NCBI GenBank assembly: GCA_951406725.2
Contig: OX597822.1
Span: 21,328,001 to 21,392,000 of the forward strand
Direction of reading: 5' to 3'
Source: Octopus vulgaris
Lineage: Eukaryota
Length of the DNA: 64,000 nt
The first letter of the stretch is position 1. The number at the start of each line of letters is the position of its first letter. Of the stretch, positions 40,179 through 54,810 are shown in pieces. The translations under genes and the position numbers were made by a program. The notes beneath the pieces were generated by a model. It made no database searches, was not told the DNA's origin, and worked only from the letters and a program-made list of their open reading frames with translations.

Positions 40179-41033
40179 TTTGCTGCTGGTATATTTGATG
40201 TCAGAAACTCTCCCAACTTCTACTGTGTTTGCTTATTAAAAACTCTTGTTTCTGAATTTTTGTGCTGCTTTTTATATAGTTTCTCTCACATGCATTTTTG
40301 TTTATAATGAGATCTGTCTTGCTCAAACATCTTAGACAATTTGCTTCTCAGCAAACTTATATTTACCATAACCCTTTACTTTTTTTTTTATATATTGCAT
40401 ATGAAAAATACTGTTTATCCACAACATTGCTTTGTTCTGCAAAATGTTTTAGTTAAGCATGCTGTTCATTCTTTTAACATGAAAATTCATTTCTACTCAC
40501 TCAAACAATGCATAAATGAGGGTCCTTTTTTTTCATATGTCACAAAAATACACTGTAAAAACCACATCCACGTTGCAATAACTAAGCCCCATTCACAAGG
40601 TGATCCAAAAACATAGAAGAACTTGTAAAGCAAAACTTTACGGTCATTCTGATAAACGTGTATCCCTGCTTGTATGAATCATATGAAATTTCTTGAGGCA
40701 GATTTTCTGCCATCAGATACACTTCCAGTTGACAACTCTCATTTGTTTTTGAGCCAGATAATATTTTCCCATGACTGAATATGTTTTCATGTATGATTGG
40801 AAATGAATGATACACTTGCCTGATGGTGACACTCATCTACATCTATCATACTATGTCAAGACAAAGAAGCACAAGCACATTTATATACATACATACATGC
40901 AAACATATAATATATATATATGTATATATATATATATATGTAAACTTACTATTGACAAAGGCTGCATCACTTCAATTATAAATAATTAAGAATGCACATT
41001 AAGTACAGGACATCACCAGTGAGTGAAAAATGC

Positions 41034-41082
<49 letters not shown>

Positions 41083-41632
41083 CTGATAAGCTTCTTTCAG
41101 TTTCCATCTGCCAAATTCATTTCACAAAGCTTTGATTAATCCACAGCTGTAGAAATTTGGTAGAACCTGGAAACAGGTGGTCAAAAAGCAAGCTTCTGAA
41201 CCACACAGATAAGCTTGTATCTGTATACAATTGCCCCACTTACCAATGTATGTATATATGTGTGTGTGCATGTGTGTGTGTGTGTGTACTATGTTATGAT
41301 ACTAAGTGACCAAGTTACAGTCATGATGGTCAGTTCATGTTCCAGCATTCCAGGTTTAGGGTGTATAAGATTTCACTGTTTTGACATCAACTGACTGGCT
41401 GAAAGCTGAGATCACACGTTGAAGATTTTGTAAATTTTGGGAATATTATCTTGGGAAACAGGCACTTGAACTGAGTCATCAGTCAAAGCTCCACATATTG
41501 TGGAACTTTCTGGTAGATATTTACCTTGATATTTTCAGCAATCCACTATGCAATTTTGTGTGAGTATACACACCACTTGTGGGTTTACTTGTTGTCTTTT
41601 AAAGTACACTACCCCCAAAATAATGTAAATAC

Positions 41633-42062
41633 TCTTACTCTTTTACTTGTTTCAGTCATTTCACTGTGGCCATGCTGGAGCACCGCTTTTAGTCGAGCAA
41701 ATCAACCCCAGGACTTATTCTTTGTAAGCCTAGTACTTATTCTATCAGTCTCTTTTGCTGAACCACTAAGTTACGGGGACATAAACACACCACCATCAGT
41801 TGTCAAGCGATGTTGGGGGACAAACACAGAACATACAAACATATACACACAAACATATACACACACAAACACACACATATATATATTTATACATATATAC
41901 GACGAGCTTCTTTCAGTTTCCGTCTACCAAATCCACTCACAAGGTTTTGGTCAGCCCGAGGCTATAGTAGAAGACACTTACCCAAGGTTTCACGCAGTGG
42001 GAATGAACTCGGAACCATGCAGTTCGTAAGCAAGCTACTTACCACACAGCCACTCCTATGCC
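41633..42062 (-). mobile_element. Full-length tRNA-derived SINE
   Basis: Reverse complement of the 63063 family from head to A-rich tail. Confidence 0.9.
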
Positions 42063-42379
42063 TAATAGTTACAGATGAAGTAAGTACACAGCCTTGTTTG
42101 ACTCCATGGATGATAGAAAGGTGATTGAACTGTTGCTTGCAAGAGAGATTGTAGCAGACAAACAGTTATAAAATTACTTGACAACATATGTAATATAAAT
42201 TTGTGTTTTTATTTATATGTATGTACATTTGCATATATATGTATGTATATCAGTATGTAGATGTGTGTGTGTATGTGTATAAATGTGTGTTTGCATGTGA
42301 TTTCTTAACTTCATTTCTACTTAGGACTGAAGAGTTTGTTCATTGAATGTTTCTATTAGTGGCTCCCAAAACAATGATT

Positions 42380-42900
42380 AAATAAATCAAGGTAGTAGAA
42401 GATGTAATATACAAAGACAGGAAAAAATGTTCTTGAAATTTTTCCAATAACCAAAATAGATCCTGTTTAAATTAATGTTCTATATTTTCGAAGATATTAT
42501 ATTCCAAATATATCTTTTCAGCAGCAACATCCTCTAGAATGAGTAGCCATGCACCCCATCCCGACCTTCACCAAAAAGAAAATTTAAAATGTTCTTGGAA
42601 AAAATTATTTTATAACTCATATATGTTACAATAACAACAAAAAACCTTGACACCAAAAAACAACAACCTGAATAAACACCATTAACAACTCCAATCACCT
42701 CGAAACATGAATAATAACGAAATCTGTGAATAAAATAAGTATCCCATGGAAGAAGAAAATATTTAAATGTGTAGCAGGAACATTATGGTAACATTAACAA
42801 CATAGCAGCAACAAGCAGTAACAACTCCAACAGGAAAGATGATGATGATAACTTAAATAATTGCTTCTTCCTACACAGGAAAGATGTTTGAGATTTTTAG
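42380..42900 (+). mobile_element. Probable PLE 3' end (endonuclease C-terminal relic plus UTR); left arm of a long inverted repeat
   Basis: Degenerate NQGSRRCNI..QEKMFL resembles the PLE C-terminal ...KRCNLCLEEK motif; ~42510-42900 is repeated inverted at 45302-45695. Confidence 0.45.
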
Positions 42901-43385
42901 AGAAGGTTAAATAAGAAAGTGTGATGTTCATATATCGTTACCTTGAGCATCAGTCATGTAAGCAGTGAAATGAAGTGGTTTCAGCTGCGTATCTGAAACG
43001 GTATGTGATTTTGACACCCTGATAATTTATCACTAAAATACATAAGAACATCTTTTCATGCACACAACATAACCGTGTATGGCATTTTTTACTGCTGCAG
43101 CAAATGTAACAAAGGGACTCTATATAGACACTCACCTTGCTAAAAATTGGTGACAAATCTCCCACAGATCTCCAAGACTCCACATTCACTTGCTAGAAAA
43201 GGACACTCTAGATAATGTAACTTAAGATATGCTATTTCTGAATGAAGGACTAGCTGGTCAGTTGGAATATATATGATGGATAAAAACTGACCTGGATCTA
43301 AACTACAATCTATATAAGAGGTGCTACAATAATAGCATTCTAAAATCTAACTGTATCACTCAGCCTACACAAGCATATACATCTA

Positions 43386-44296
43386 CCGTAAATCCTCGAG
43401 AATAATCCGCATTTTTCCCCCAAAATTTAAAGGTCAAAATCCCTAATGTGTAGAAGGTTAAAAATGAAAAATATTTTCTAAGCAATGTCCAAGTCTCTAT
43501 TTGCTGTCCGGCAATGTTTATTCAGATGCATTTTGTGATGTCGGGCACAAAAATACCTTAAACTAAGCCTGAAAGCAATGAAGTCATCAAAGAATCATCC
43601 ATAACTTGCAGTAAGCAACATTTATTAAAATAAAAGTATTCAGAACATAGAATAACATGTAAAACAATTTCCAAATATATTTACATTACCATATAACAGT
43701 TAAGAACATCACCATTATTGTGTTACACATGCGCAGAAGTGTTTGTTTGACTAGGTGCTGCTGGCTTAATTACACACAAATTGTACTTAATAGTTTAGCG
43801 CTAAATAGTTCATCCTGCTGTTTGTATTGGCAGTTTGCATCATTACTGTGGCAAACAATAGATACTTAATTAAATACCAATAGTAAATATTTGAACTACT
43901 GTGGGTCTTTACTAGGGTTTTTTTATAAGCGGGACTTAAACCTGTACATTAATCTCCAATAAAACATTTTATATATTATATGCCCATAAAATGCCTTGTA
44001 GATCTTATTCAGCTATTTTTAAACTTGAAGTTATATCATATGCTGAAGAGCATGGTAATAGGGTTGCCGGAAAAAATTTGAAAAGCTACACGTTTGCATT
44101 ATGTTATATATACAACAATAATAAAGGATGTTACCATATACATTTTTACAAACCAAGGACATTATATAGACCTCCTTGACTCAAGTTAGAGAAAGGGTGC
44201 GTATTATACACATGGTTTAAGTTTTTCAGAGGTACAGTCCCCTAAAAATCCCTTGTGTATTATACTCAAGGGCAGACTATACTCGAGAATTTACAG
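43386..44296 (+). mobile_element. Non-autonomous pogo-like (POGK/Brinker-DBD type) DNA transposon
   Basis: TA target sites at 43384-85 and 44297-98; imperfect TIRs CCGTAAATCCTCGAGAATAATCCGC / GCAGACTATACTCGAGAATTTACAG; ORF 43991 RSYSAIFKLEVISYAEEHGNRVAGK resembles a Brinker-type DNA-binding domain; internally deleted. Confidence 0.85.
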
Positions 44297-44502
44297 TATA
44301 TATATACTTTGATAGGTTTTGGCCATTATTGACCCAGGCCATGTCTAACTTAATAGCACCACCTGGCAAATATATTTTTCTTCTGCAAACTTTTATGAAT
44401 GATTTTTTTCCAGATGCTGATCACTGCTAGTTTCCTTGTATCTGAGATTTTACCAAAATACATACAAACACAGATACAGAAACACATAAATACACTCTCC
44501 TA

Positions 44503-44713
<211 letters not shown>

Positions 44714-45301
44714 AATAACAGGTACATATGTACACTTTAACTGTTAATGATCTGTAGTACTCGGTTTTGTTGGAAATTCAAGTTTATGATAAGAAGTAGC
44801 CCATGGAAATATGACTATTGCATGCATTGACATGAAATTTACTCATGGTCATTGGTAGACACTGAATATGTTGATTTTTACCTGTTGTCAAGTCACTTTC
44901 ACAATGTAGGTAGAATACAATTATAGATTACATGTTTTCACATATTTACAAGACATCAATGGATATCGACTACCTGCTTAAATGAGGAATAGATGAATCA
45001 TTGATAAATAATATCACTGAATTCTAATTCACCACTAGGGATATAAATGGCTATTAAGTTCAAAAATCAAAGGAAGAAAAATTTGGAGAAATTTATTTGA
45101 TAAGTCATTAAATATAAAAAGACATGGCTATAAGTACAGGTGTAGTCACGTGGTTAACAGGCTTACCTCCCAACCATGTGGTCTTGAATTCAGTCCTACT
45201 GCATGGCTCCTGGTGCATGTATCTTCTTCACTCATGTGTGTTCTACATTGAGATGACCAAAGCCTTGTGGATGGATGGATTTGGTAGACAAATACTGAAT
45301 A

Positions 45302-45688
45302 CTAAAAATCTCGAGCATCTTTCCTGTGTAGGAAGCAGCAATTATTTAAGTTATCATCATCATCTTTCCTGTTGGAGTTGTTACTGCTTGTTGCTGCTAT
45401 GTTGTTAATGTTACCATAATGTTCCTGCTACACATTTAAATATTTTCTTCTTCCATGGGATACTTATTTTATTCACAGATTTCATTGTTATTATTCATGT
45501 TTCGAGGTGATTGGAGTTGTTAATGGTGTTTATTCAGGTTGTTGTTTTTTTGGTGTCAAGGTTTTTTGTTGTTATTGTAACATATATGAGTTATAAAATA
45601 ATTTTTTCCAAGAACATTTTAAATTTTCTTTTTGGCGAAGGTCGGGATGGGGTGCATGGCTACTCATTCTAGAGGATGTTGCTGCTGA

Positions 45689-45695
<7 letters not shown>
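45302..45695 (-). repeat. Inverted copy of ~42510-42900, inserted in a SINE
   Basis: Near-identical reverse complement; it splits a SINE whose head is at ~45134-45300 and whose remainder resumes after (TA)n(TG)n. Confidence 0.92.
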
Positions 45696-45775
<80 letters not shown>

Positions 45776-47948
45776 TGTGTATCTTTGTCTATTTATTATT
45801 ACATGATGAGTGTAAATGAGCTTCACCATCATACAAGCAAGGTTGTTTATTTCCAGTCTTCAGTGAAAAGAATGTCTAGCTCTTACATGAAAATGGGTGG
45901 GGGTTGGCAGAAGGAAGGGCATCTAGCTGTAGAAAATTTGCTGCAAATCATTTCATTGGACCCATATGAGCATGAAAAAGTAGATTTTGAATGATGATGG
46001 TAATAATGACGACATGATGCAAATGTTTCTAAAATGAGGGTAAACTTTGTTTCTCATACTGAAGACCACTTAGCTCTGCCTTTTGACACTCAAACTGTAC
46101 TTTCATGCATTTAAAGATTTGATGATTGGTGCAGATATCTGTTGTATAGAACTTTAAGAGTTAATCTATCATCTGCACTTTAACACTTCATCTCTCTGTC
46201 CCCTGTCCTCTTATCCTTCCCTGTTCTCCCTCTCTCCTGTCTACCATAAGACACTCTGTTTCCTCTCAATCATACTCTCACTTCCTTCTTACTCTTCTCT
46301 TCACTGTTTTGGTAATGTTGTATTTAATGAACAGAAGACATATATGTAGAGTGCTTGAGGGAAGATAAAATCAGTGTTGATTTTTTTTAATGTTGCAGGT
46401 CGGAACACAGCCTCAGTAGTGCTGGTGTCATGATAAAATGCTTACCAAAGGATCATAGAAAATGGTTGCGAGTACTCTGCCGTCAGTCCAAAGATACTAC
46501 TGCTTCAATGGAAACATGTTCTTTATGAAAACATATCCAGACTAGGGCATAATATTATCTTATTTAGAAACAGGTGGAGGTTAGTGAGCATTTATGCATA
46601 GAGTATCTGTCTCAACAAATCCCACCTGACCATGCAAGTATGGAAAAATAGACATCAAAATAATGATGATGATGATGATATATAAGAAGTATATATTTAC
46701 TAAAATGTTGATAAATCAATCTTATATTTGTAAAAATAAGAAAATATATTTAATAATACGACTTACTTTGGTTGCTACTTCTGCTATAGGAAATATGTAC
46801 CTCATATGCGTGTTTGTGTGTCTATGAATATGTAAGTCATATGACAATAGTATGTACGAATGTGTATATGTTGGCATATATGTAGAGTGCTTGAGGGAAG
46901 ATAAAATATAAATGAATACCAAATATTTCTATTTGTAATATTTTTCCTTTTTGCTAATTTGTTGAAGCTGATTTACTTGAGCATTTGGATTTAGAGAGCA
47001 AAAGTTTGTTTTTCTTTTTAGTTAACATTTCAATTGAGTTTTTGGCTATATTTTATGAAGTAAATAGTATCAAAATGGATTAGATTTGATATTATGTAGG
47101 GAAAGGGTTAAATATACAACTATTTCAGCAATGCATAATTTTTTGTTTATGACTATTCTGTCTTTTTTCTTTTTTTTTTTTAATAATTTTTATATGAAGG
47201 ATTTCTTTCACATTGACTTTATCAATCTTCATAACAATTTTACTACATCTGTGTGGTTAAGAAGTTTGCTTTGCAACCACATAGATAGGTAGGTATCCTT
47301 TATTATGGCCTCAGGTGCACCACTTTTGTGTAAGTGGAACTGATACATGGAAAAGGCAAATAAAAAGTCCATCCATCCAGCCAACCATACATGCATAGAT
47401 AGATAAGAAAATTAAGGATAAACAGTTTCTTTTTGTGTTTCACCTTTATGGTTGTTGTAACATATATAAAAATATATGTTATGTGTGTGTATGTTTCTTC
47501 TGCTTGTCTTAGCCATGGTGTCATTGCATTGATCACAGTCTGCCATAAAAACAAGTTTGACCATTGAGCTGTTCAATGTTAAGAGAACAAGGGAAGATAT
47601 TACCTTACTTTGTAACAGGTTGGAGTTGATGATAGATGAACCTAATTGGTGTAGAAAAATTACCTCAATGATTTTTGTTTGACTCATGCCAGCATAGAAA
47701 AGTGGACATTAAAACAATGAGGATTTTGATGATGCTGTATCCATTAAATCTTAGTTTTACTAACCCATAAAGAAAATAAATATTTAGTATTTCAGTTGAT
47801 GAGACAATAGGTGCAAGAATGGCTGCATGGTTAAGAAGATTACTTCCCAACCATGGGAACAACATATTGGCAATTGTCTTCTACTATAGACCTGGGCAAT
47901 ACAAAGTCTTGTGAGTGGATTTGGTTCACAGAAGCTAAAAGAAGCTCG

Positions 47949-47983
<35 letters not shown>

Positions 47984-48644
47984 GGTGTGCATGTGTTTGT
48001 GTCTTTATGTCTGTGTTTATCTCCCACCATTGCTTGAGAACCAGTGTTGGTATTGTAGCCAGTATGTTCACCATCTGGCTCTTCACCATTAAGTGCCCAT
48101 ATTTTGGTTGAGTCCCTCTAGCGTTACACAGGCTGTCTGCCTCATCATGTGACAGACTAGCCACGTACACTCCCTTCAGCTTTATAAGGGAAGATTTTCC
48201 TGCTATTTCTTTTGTGGGGTAGATTTTGCATGAGTGAGTTCAGGTCCTTGGCAGAGAGCAGGTTTTATTTCATAAGCAGCATCAGCTAACTTTTGCTGTG
48301 TACATTGTTCCTGTCCTCCAGCAGTAGTTAAGTCTTGTATGTGTTTTTCTTATTCTATCCAGCGTACATCATCATTATGTACCATCTGCATGTTAAACTA
48401 TTGGGTATATATTCTGACTGTTCCTTCAAAATGTATCTCTACAGCTTTTTAACACTTTTTGACAGGTTGAATAAATCATTGTACTTAATCCCGGTCTCTT
48501 CATTCTTCTTTATCTCTACACACAGCCTTACTCATTTATGAACTCAACCTTCAGCCACTGAAGTGTGTTTCCATCCCCATAACTTAGTGGTTTGGCAAAA
48601 GATGTCAATAGAATAAGTACCAGGTTTAAAAAGTACTGGCATCA

Positions 48645-49062
48645 GTGCTGGCAAGCTGACAGAACCGTTAGCACGCCGGGCGAAATGCTTAATGGCATTT
48701 CGCCTGCCGTTACGTTCTAAGTTCAAATTCCGCCGAGGTCGACTTTGCCTTTCATCCTTTCGGGGTCGATTAAATAATTACCAGTTACGCACTGGGGTCG
48801 ATATAATCGACTTAATTCGTTTGTCTGTCCTTGTTTGTCCTCTTTGTGTTTAGCCCCTTGTGGGTAGTAAAGAAATAGGTATTTCTTCTGTCATTATGTT
48901 CTGAGTTCAAATTCCGCCGAGGTCGACTTTGTCTTTCATCCATTCGAGGTCAATTAAATAAGTACCAGTTATGCACTGGGGTCGATATAATCGACTTAAT
49001 CCCTTTGTCTGTCCTTGTTTGTCCCCTCTATGTTTAGCCCCCTGTGGGCAATAAAGAAATAT
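48645..49062 (+). mobile_element. Nin-domain SINE partial dimer with 17-bp TSD, nested in another SINE tail
   Basis: GCCTTTCATCCTTTCGGGGTCGAT...ACCAG core occurs twice; TSD AAAAAGTACTGGCATCA at 48628-48644 and 49068-49084. Confidence 0.88.
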
Positions 49063-49252
49063 AAAAAAAAAAGTACTGGCATCAATTCATTCAATTAGAA
49101 GTTCTTCAAAATGGTGCTCCAGCATCTCCACAGTCTGATTCCTGAAACAAATAAAAGACAAAAGATCAGCTCTCGATGAAGAGCATTGAAGGTAGCACTG
49201 AGTCATAATTCAACATCATTGAAACTCACTTAAACATACACTTCATGTAGCT

Positions 49253-49481
49253 ATTTCTTTACTACCCACAAGGGACTAAACACAGAGAGGACAAACAAGG
49301 ACAGACAAATGGATTAAGTTGATTACATCGACCCCAGTGTGTAACTGGTACTTATTTAATCGACCCCGAAAGGATAAAAGGCAAAGTCGACCTCGGCGGA
49401 ATTTGAACTCAGAACGTAGCGGCAGATAAAATACCGCTAAGCATTTTGCCCAGCGTGCTAATGATTCTGCCAGCTCACCAC
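49253..49481 (-). mobile_element. Full-length Nin-domain SINE with 18-bp TSD
   Basis: TSD CATACACTTCATGTAGCT at 49235-49252 and 49482-49499. Confidence 0.92.
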
Positions 49482-52400
49482 CATACACTTCATGTAGCTT
49501 CCTAGTAAACACCAGGGCTGTGGCAGAATTCCACATATATTGATGGGTTGCCATGGTCATAACTCTGGTGAGTAGTTGTTCTATCAATGTCAGTTCTTGC
49601 TTTACTAAAGTAATCTACAGTTTTACATAAATAGCATACAATGACAAAGACTAGTAAATCTAAATTGATTTAAGAAAATATCATGTATGTGCATGCACAT
49701 ACACATACACATACATGTGTGTGTGTGGTTGTCTGTGTGCATGTTAAAAATACTTCCAAGAAACATGGTTTATATATAAAAGCACTGCAGTAATATGTAA
49801 ATCAATGTAAAACCAGAATAACTTCCATCATACATTCTATGCATGAAAATTATGTTTAACTTTTGTAACTGCATATAAAGTTATTATGACATTTATCTAA
49901 CTGCCTATATAATTACTATAAAATGAATGTAAATATCTTGCTTATATGGGCATAGTTATGAAGTTTGATTCACAAGTATGTGGTTCCAGCTTTGATTCCA
50001 TTCTGTAGCATCTTCAGGAAATGACTTCTATCATAAGTCACCCAATGTTTTGGGTGTAAATTTTAGTTGACAGAAAGTATGTTGGAAAATGTTGGAGGGA
50101 TTATCCCTATTTCTAGGTGGCAGTCTTAATCACTTAGTTTAACATGGAGGAACTTACCAGAGTTGTCTTGGAGGAATTTAGCAAAGTTGTCTTGGAAGAA
50201 TTTAGCAGTCTTATCTTAGCTCTACCAGTTGTAGATCTAAGTAGTGACATAAGGATTCTAAGCTTTCAGTTCCTTTTTTTTAGGTTTTGAAGCCTGAAAG
50301 GCATGTAGGACCATAAAATAGAAGCTGGATATTGGATCCATACATATTCATGATGGGCATCAATTCATACCTGCATACCAATTGAGCTTCTTGATGTGCA
50401 TCTGAGGACTAGGCTTTGTTGGAGTGAATCCTGCATAACAATAACCTTGTATTGTATTGTACATCAGATACATTTATTGTGCTTATGGAAAAAACTTACT
50501 GAAGGATCAGAAGTCAGCTGGAACCATAAAGATGAAACATCAGCTTCAAAGAACATATTTGAATAATTAGTACAGCTCATTCCAAGACCAAGCATCCTAT
50601 TCTAACATCGAAATATTTGTGTAAAATTGTTAAACACATATCAACATATCAATGACAATATACATGCCAAATTTTTCTCTGTCATTTCCGATAAATTTGA
50701 GTTTATTTGTATGAGAAAGCCTGGTTATTTAATGATAAATTGTTTTCTAATCTCAAAATTAAGTGACATTACTTCTTAACACAATGGAGTTAATACAATA
50801 ATCTCCTGAGATATTATTTTGTCACTTAAAAATTCTGCTGTAATACCTCATCAAGCAATCACTATTAGCTGCAAGAAATAGTTTAACATTTCACTGATGA
50901 TCAGTGATCTTTCTATGTTAAACAGTGTGTTACTGAAGACACTTGGAATTTATCTTTCCTTATTTACCTATCATTTAACATATTTGAGAAGCTAGATACT
51001 TTCTTATCTGCCTGTCATGCAAGACTGTTTGTCACACAAGTAATGCAATATTCTTCCTCGTCTCTGTTATCTTACATTGTCTTAAGAGACCCTGAATTTT
51101 CTATCCAACAACGGATTACATTTGCTTATCTGAAGCAATTTTAAAATAAAATGAAATTGGCCCATAGTGAATTTAAAATTATAATGACAAATGTAGACTT
51201 AATTAGTTATTTTACTATTCAAAATCAATAGGAAACCTTTTGTTGTGCCATTTGTGTGAAACTTAGTATAAATAGGTTTTCCAGTTAGTTGAGGCAAGAG
51301 CAGCATTCGTAACTCTTTATCTTTGGGCTGCCTCTGAGACTGGCGGTAAGATTAGGTTTGAATGCTTGCAATGCAGTGTATTCCAGCACTGCAGGCACCA
51401 AAAATCAGACAGTCATATAAGACTGGATAATAATGCAAGTTTGCGCCTCAAAATTCCACAAGCAAGAGAATTTAATGACATAGAAACTATAAATATGAAT
51501 ATTGCCATATAAAAGTTTGCTGCATAAAATAATAAAATAGTGTTGTGTTCCATTAAGATATTTACATCCGCCTCCATAACATGAATTCATTTGATCAGGT
51601 GGGTCAACAAGAGATTTAAGTTGAGATTGTCCCAATGGTGTTGTATTTGGATTCATCTGTTCTGCATTTTTGTTCATAAATAAAAGGTAATTGTTCTGTT
51701 AATAAGTGCTTGTGGTTATAATAGCATGAATACACAATTTCGCTATGATGAGATTTCAACTTTGAATATAATGGGACTTAAGTAAATACTACAAGACATT
51801 TTGTCTGAACTCTACAGGTTCTTCCAGCCATACCCTTCTTACCATTTTTAACATTGATGTCATTGTAGTCACCATTATCATTAGCTTTAAGTCATCATTA
51901 GTATCATCATTTATGCATGTTTTTTTCCTGATTTCCTGAGTTGAACAGATATTCTCCAAAGCAGTCTCTTCTTTAACTTCTTCGGGTCTTTAATTCTCTT
52001 AAAAACTGACTGCAATGTTTTGTAAATAGAGGTATTTTACTCTGAATATAATCAATCTATACTAGTTGTTATTTCAATGTTATTAACAATCTCCTTAATA
52101 ATATATCATTCTATATATTGCATTTATCCATAATATCTACCATATGTCATACTTAACCAAGGGTGGTAGATTCACTGCATCACCACGTTTACCACCATCA
52201 TCTGGGCCTTGGGCATCTTTAGCAGAGGTCACTTCATTGCAAGTATATAAATTAGGTTTCTACTTTGACGATTCACACCTCCCTTCTTTTTACAGGTCTA
52301 GGAGGTCTTATAACAAGTCATGGGAATTGACTGTCCTTCCCAAATAAGCAATAAAATAAGTAACCTGAAAGCTTACCAATTGAATTAACCATATTTATTA

Positions 52401-54430
52401 CATTATCTACAACATATTGTGTTTATTATAACACTGGAAAATAACATGCCTTCCAGTAATTTTGCTCCTAATTTATGTAATATTTATATTATATAAATTA
52501 CATATGTATATAATCTGTCATTGTGTATAAATGGGATGACATTATCTGATATGTTCTTTCCGCTTCCTTTTAAAGAAAGAAAGACTGACATTTATAAAAT
52601 AGTGAGGGAAAAACGGAAAAAATTAGTGAAATAACTTTGAACATTTATAAGAAAGGTGGAAATAAATTTAATAACTTCTGTACTTTTATAAGTGTTATCA
52701 AATATTATAAAGTGGGACCTGAGAAAATACCTTGCCTTGCTATATAAACGATAATTTTCTTTATTCCTTTGAAATTATAATTGCTGTTAGAGTATTGTGA
52801 TGGCAGTAAATACTAGACTGGCTGGTGGAAGTTACAAAGAAGTGAATTTAAGCTTATAGATGGACACAAGATATAAGGGAAAATGGTGTCTGTAGCAAAT
52901 GAAAACTGTAGAGAGTAAGCTATGAGTTTTGATCAAAGTTGTTATTCAAAATGAACAATAAATGCAACTTTTCTATTAAAATATATCAAATAGAATTTTA
53001 AGATTTTACCCTAATCTTAAAATGATCCAAAAAAGTTGCTTAGCTTTTCTGTTACATTGATAGATATCTGCATTAGCATCATTATATAGGATTTATCATA
53101 TATTTATCAAAGCAATTACAATATCAAGGTAGTTATGCATAATGTTTACATAATAATTGCTACTTATCATATTTATCATAGTAGTTGATATTTTTCTTTT
53201 ATCAAAACTAACTCCATATCATATTTCCTCATAGAAACTAGCATATTATATTCAACTGTAACACTTATTATATGGAACTCTATTCTAAAGTCATTCTATC
53301 TTCAAAACTTACTAATTTCAATATTGTTGTTGTTGTTATTAAACATCAACAAAATGTATGAGAAGCCATATTCATTCTATTCATTTTTTTTGTTGTTGTT
53401 GCTGTTGTTGTCTCTATAGATTTCAAGTTATATTACAATTCAATGGCTTTCACTGCTAAACTGTCTCCTGCTTATTGGCTATTATTATGTCATGGTTCTA
53501 GAACATTCAGAAGCCAATTTTAGACTGTGTGTCTCCAACCATTCATGCAAAGCAGTTTAGGATGGCTGCCAAAACTGAAATTCCTTTAAAATTCATTATT
53601 GTGTTTCTGAAACTTATAAATACAACTTCCAATCCAGTTCCATGCTCCCCCCGCCACTTCCTTTTCTTTCCCAACCACTTCTCTTTCCGCTGTAGTTTCC
53701 TTTTCAGAGGAAATTTGCTATTAAAGAGATTCCATCCATTGCCTATTTCACAATTAGCTCATGTCAAGACTCCATTGATAGAATCTCAAGATCGAGAAGC
53801 AAGCCACTGCCATTCAGAGCTGCCAAAAAGCTCGTATCTTGCTACTAACTTTTCTACTGTAAAATCTGACAGTTTCTTTTGTCAATCTACCTTTGTAAAC
53901 ACTTGACAACTCATTTTCTATCTGGCAAGAACTAGAAGCATCACAATCTCAAGGCATCTATTTGTTTGTTATGGTAGTAAACTCATTAAGCCAATACAGT
54001 GTTGAGGGTAATCACCATTCCCACAGTTATGACAAGCAAAATATATAAAAATACATGATATAGCTGCATGGTTAAGAGTTTTGTTTAGCAAATATGTATT
54101 ACTGGGGTTCAATCCCAGTGGGAAGTATCCCTGTTAATGAGTATCTTTTGATATTGCCTCAGCTTGATTGGAGCTTTGTGAGTGGAATTTCAAGGAAACT
54201 ATGCAAAAACCTGTTAAATCTATGTATGAATGAATTATTATCATTAATTTTTTTAATTCTCAGAGTCTTGTTTGTTCTGGTTGATACTGTGAGAGCAGAC
54301 AGCAGCCTGTTGTCAGAGGTCTCTCAGGTTTTCTTTCAACACATTATAAGCCTTGGTTGTTAATTATCATGGAAGATATTCAACACTCAAGTACCAATCT
54401 CAAAATCCTTGCTCAATTATTATTGCTGTA

Positions 54431-54810
54431 GGTGCAGGGATGGTTGTGTGGTAAGAAACTTGTTTCTGGCCACATGGTTCTGAGTTCAGTTCCACTGTGT
54501 GCCACCTTGGGCAAGTGTCTTCTACTATAGCCACAGGCCAACCAAAGCCTTGTGAGTAGGTTTGGAAGACGGAAACTGAAAGAAACCTGTCATATAAATA
54601 TATGTATGTCTATGTGTGTGTGTCTTCATGTCTGTGTTTATCTTCCACTACCACTTGACAACCTGTGTTGGTGTGTTTGCCAAGAGACACCGATAGAATA
54701 AATACCAAGCTTAAAACAAAAGTATTGGGGTTGTTTTGTTCAATTAAAAGTTCTTCAAGGCAGCTCCCTGGCATGGCTGCAGTCTAATGACTGAAACAAG
54801 TAAAAAATAC
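54431..54810 (+). mobile_element. tRNA-derived SINE (63063 family)
   Basis: Head, body and CAGTCTAATGACTGAAAC tail. Confidence 0.87.

Noticed and set aside
53529-53906. 125-aa ORF, and an antisense frame interrupted only by TGA (selenoprotein idea)
   Set aside because: No recognisable homology; the TGAs are simply antisense to TCA codons and no SECIS could be identified
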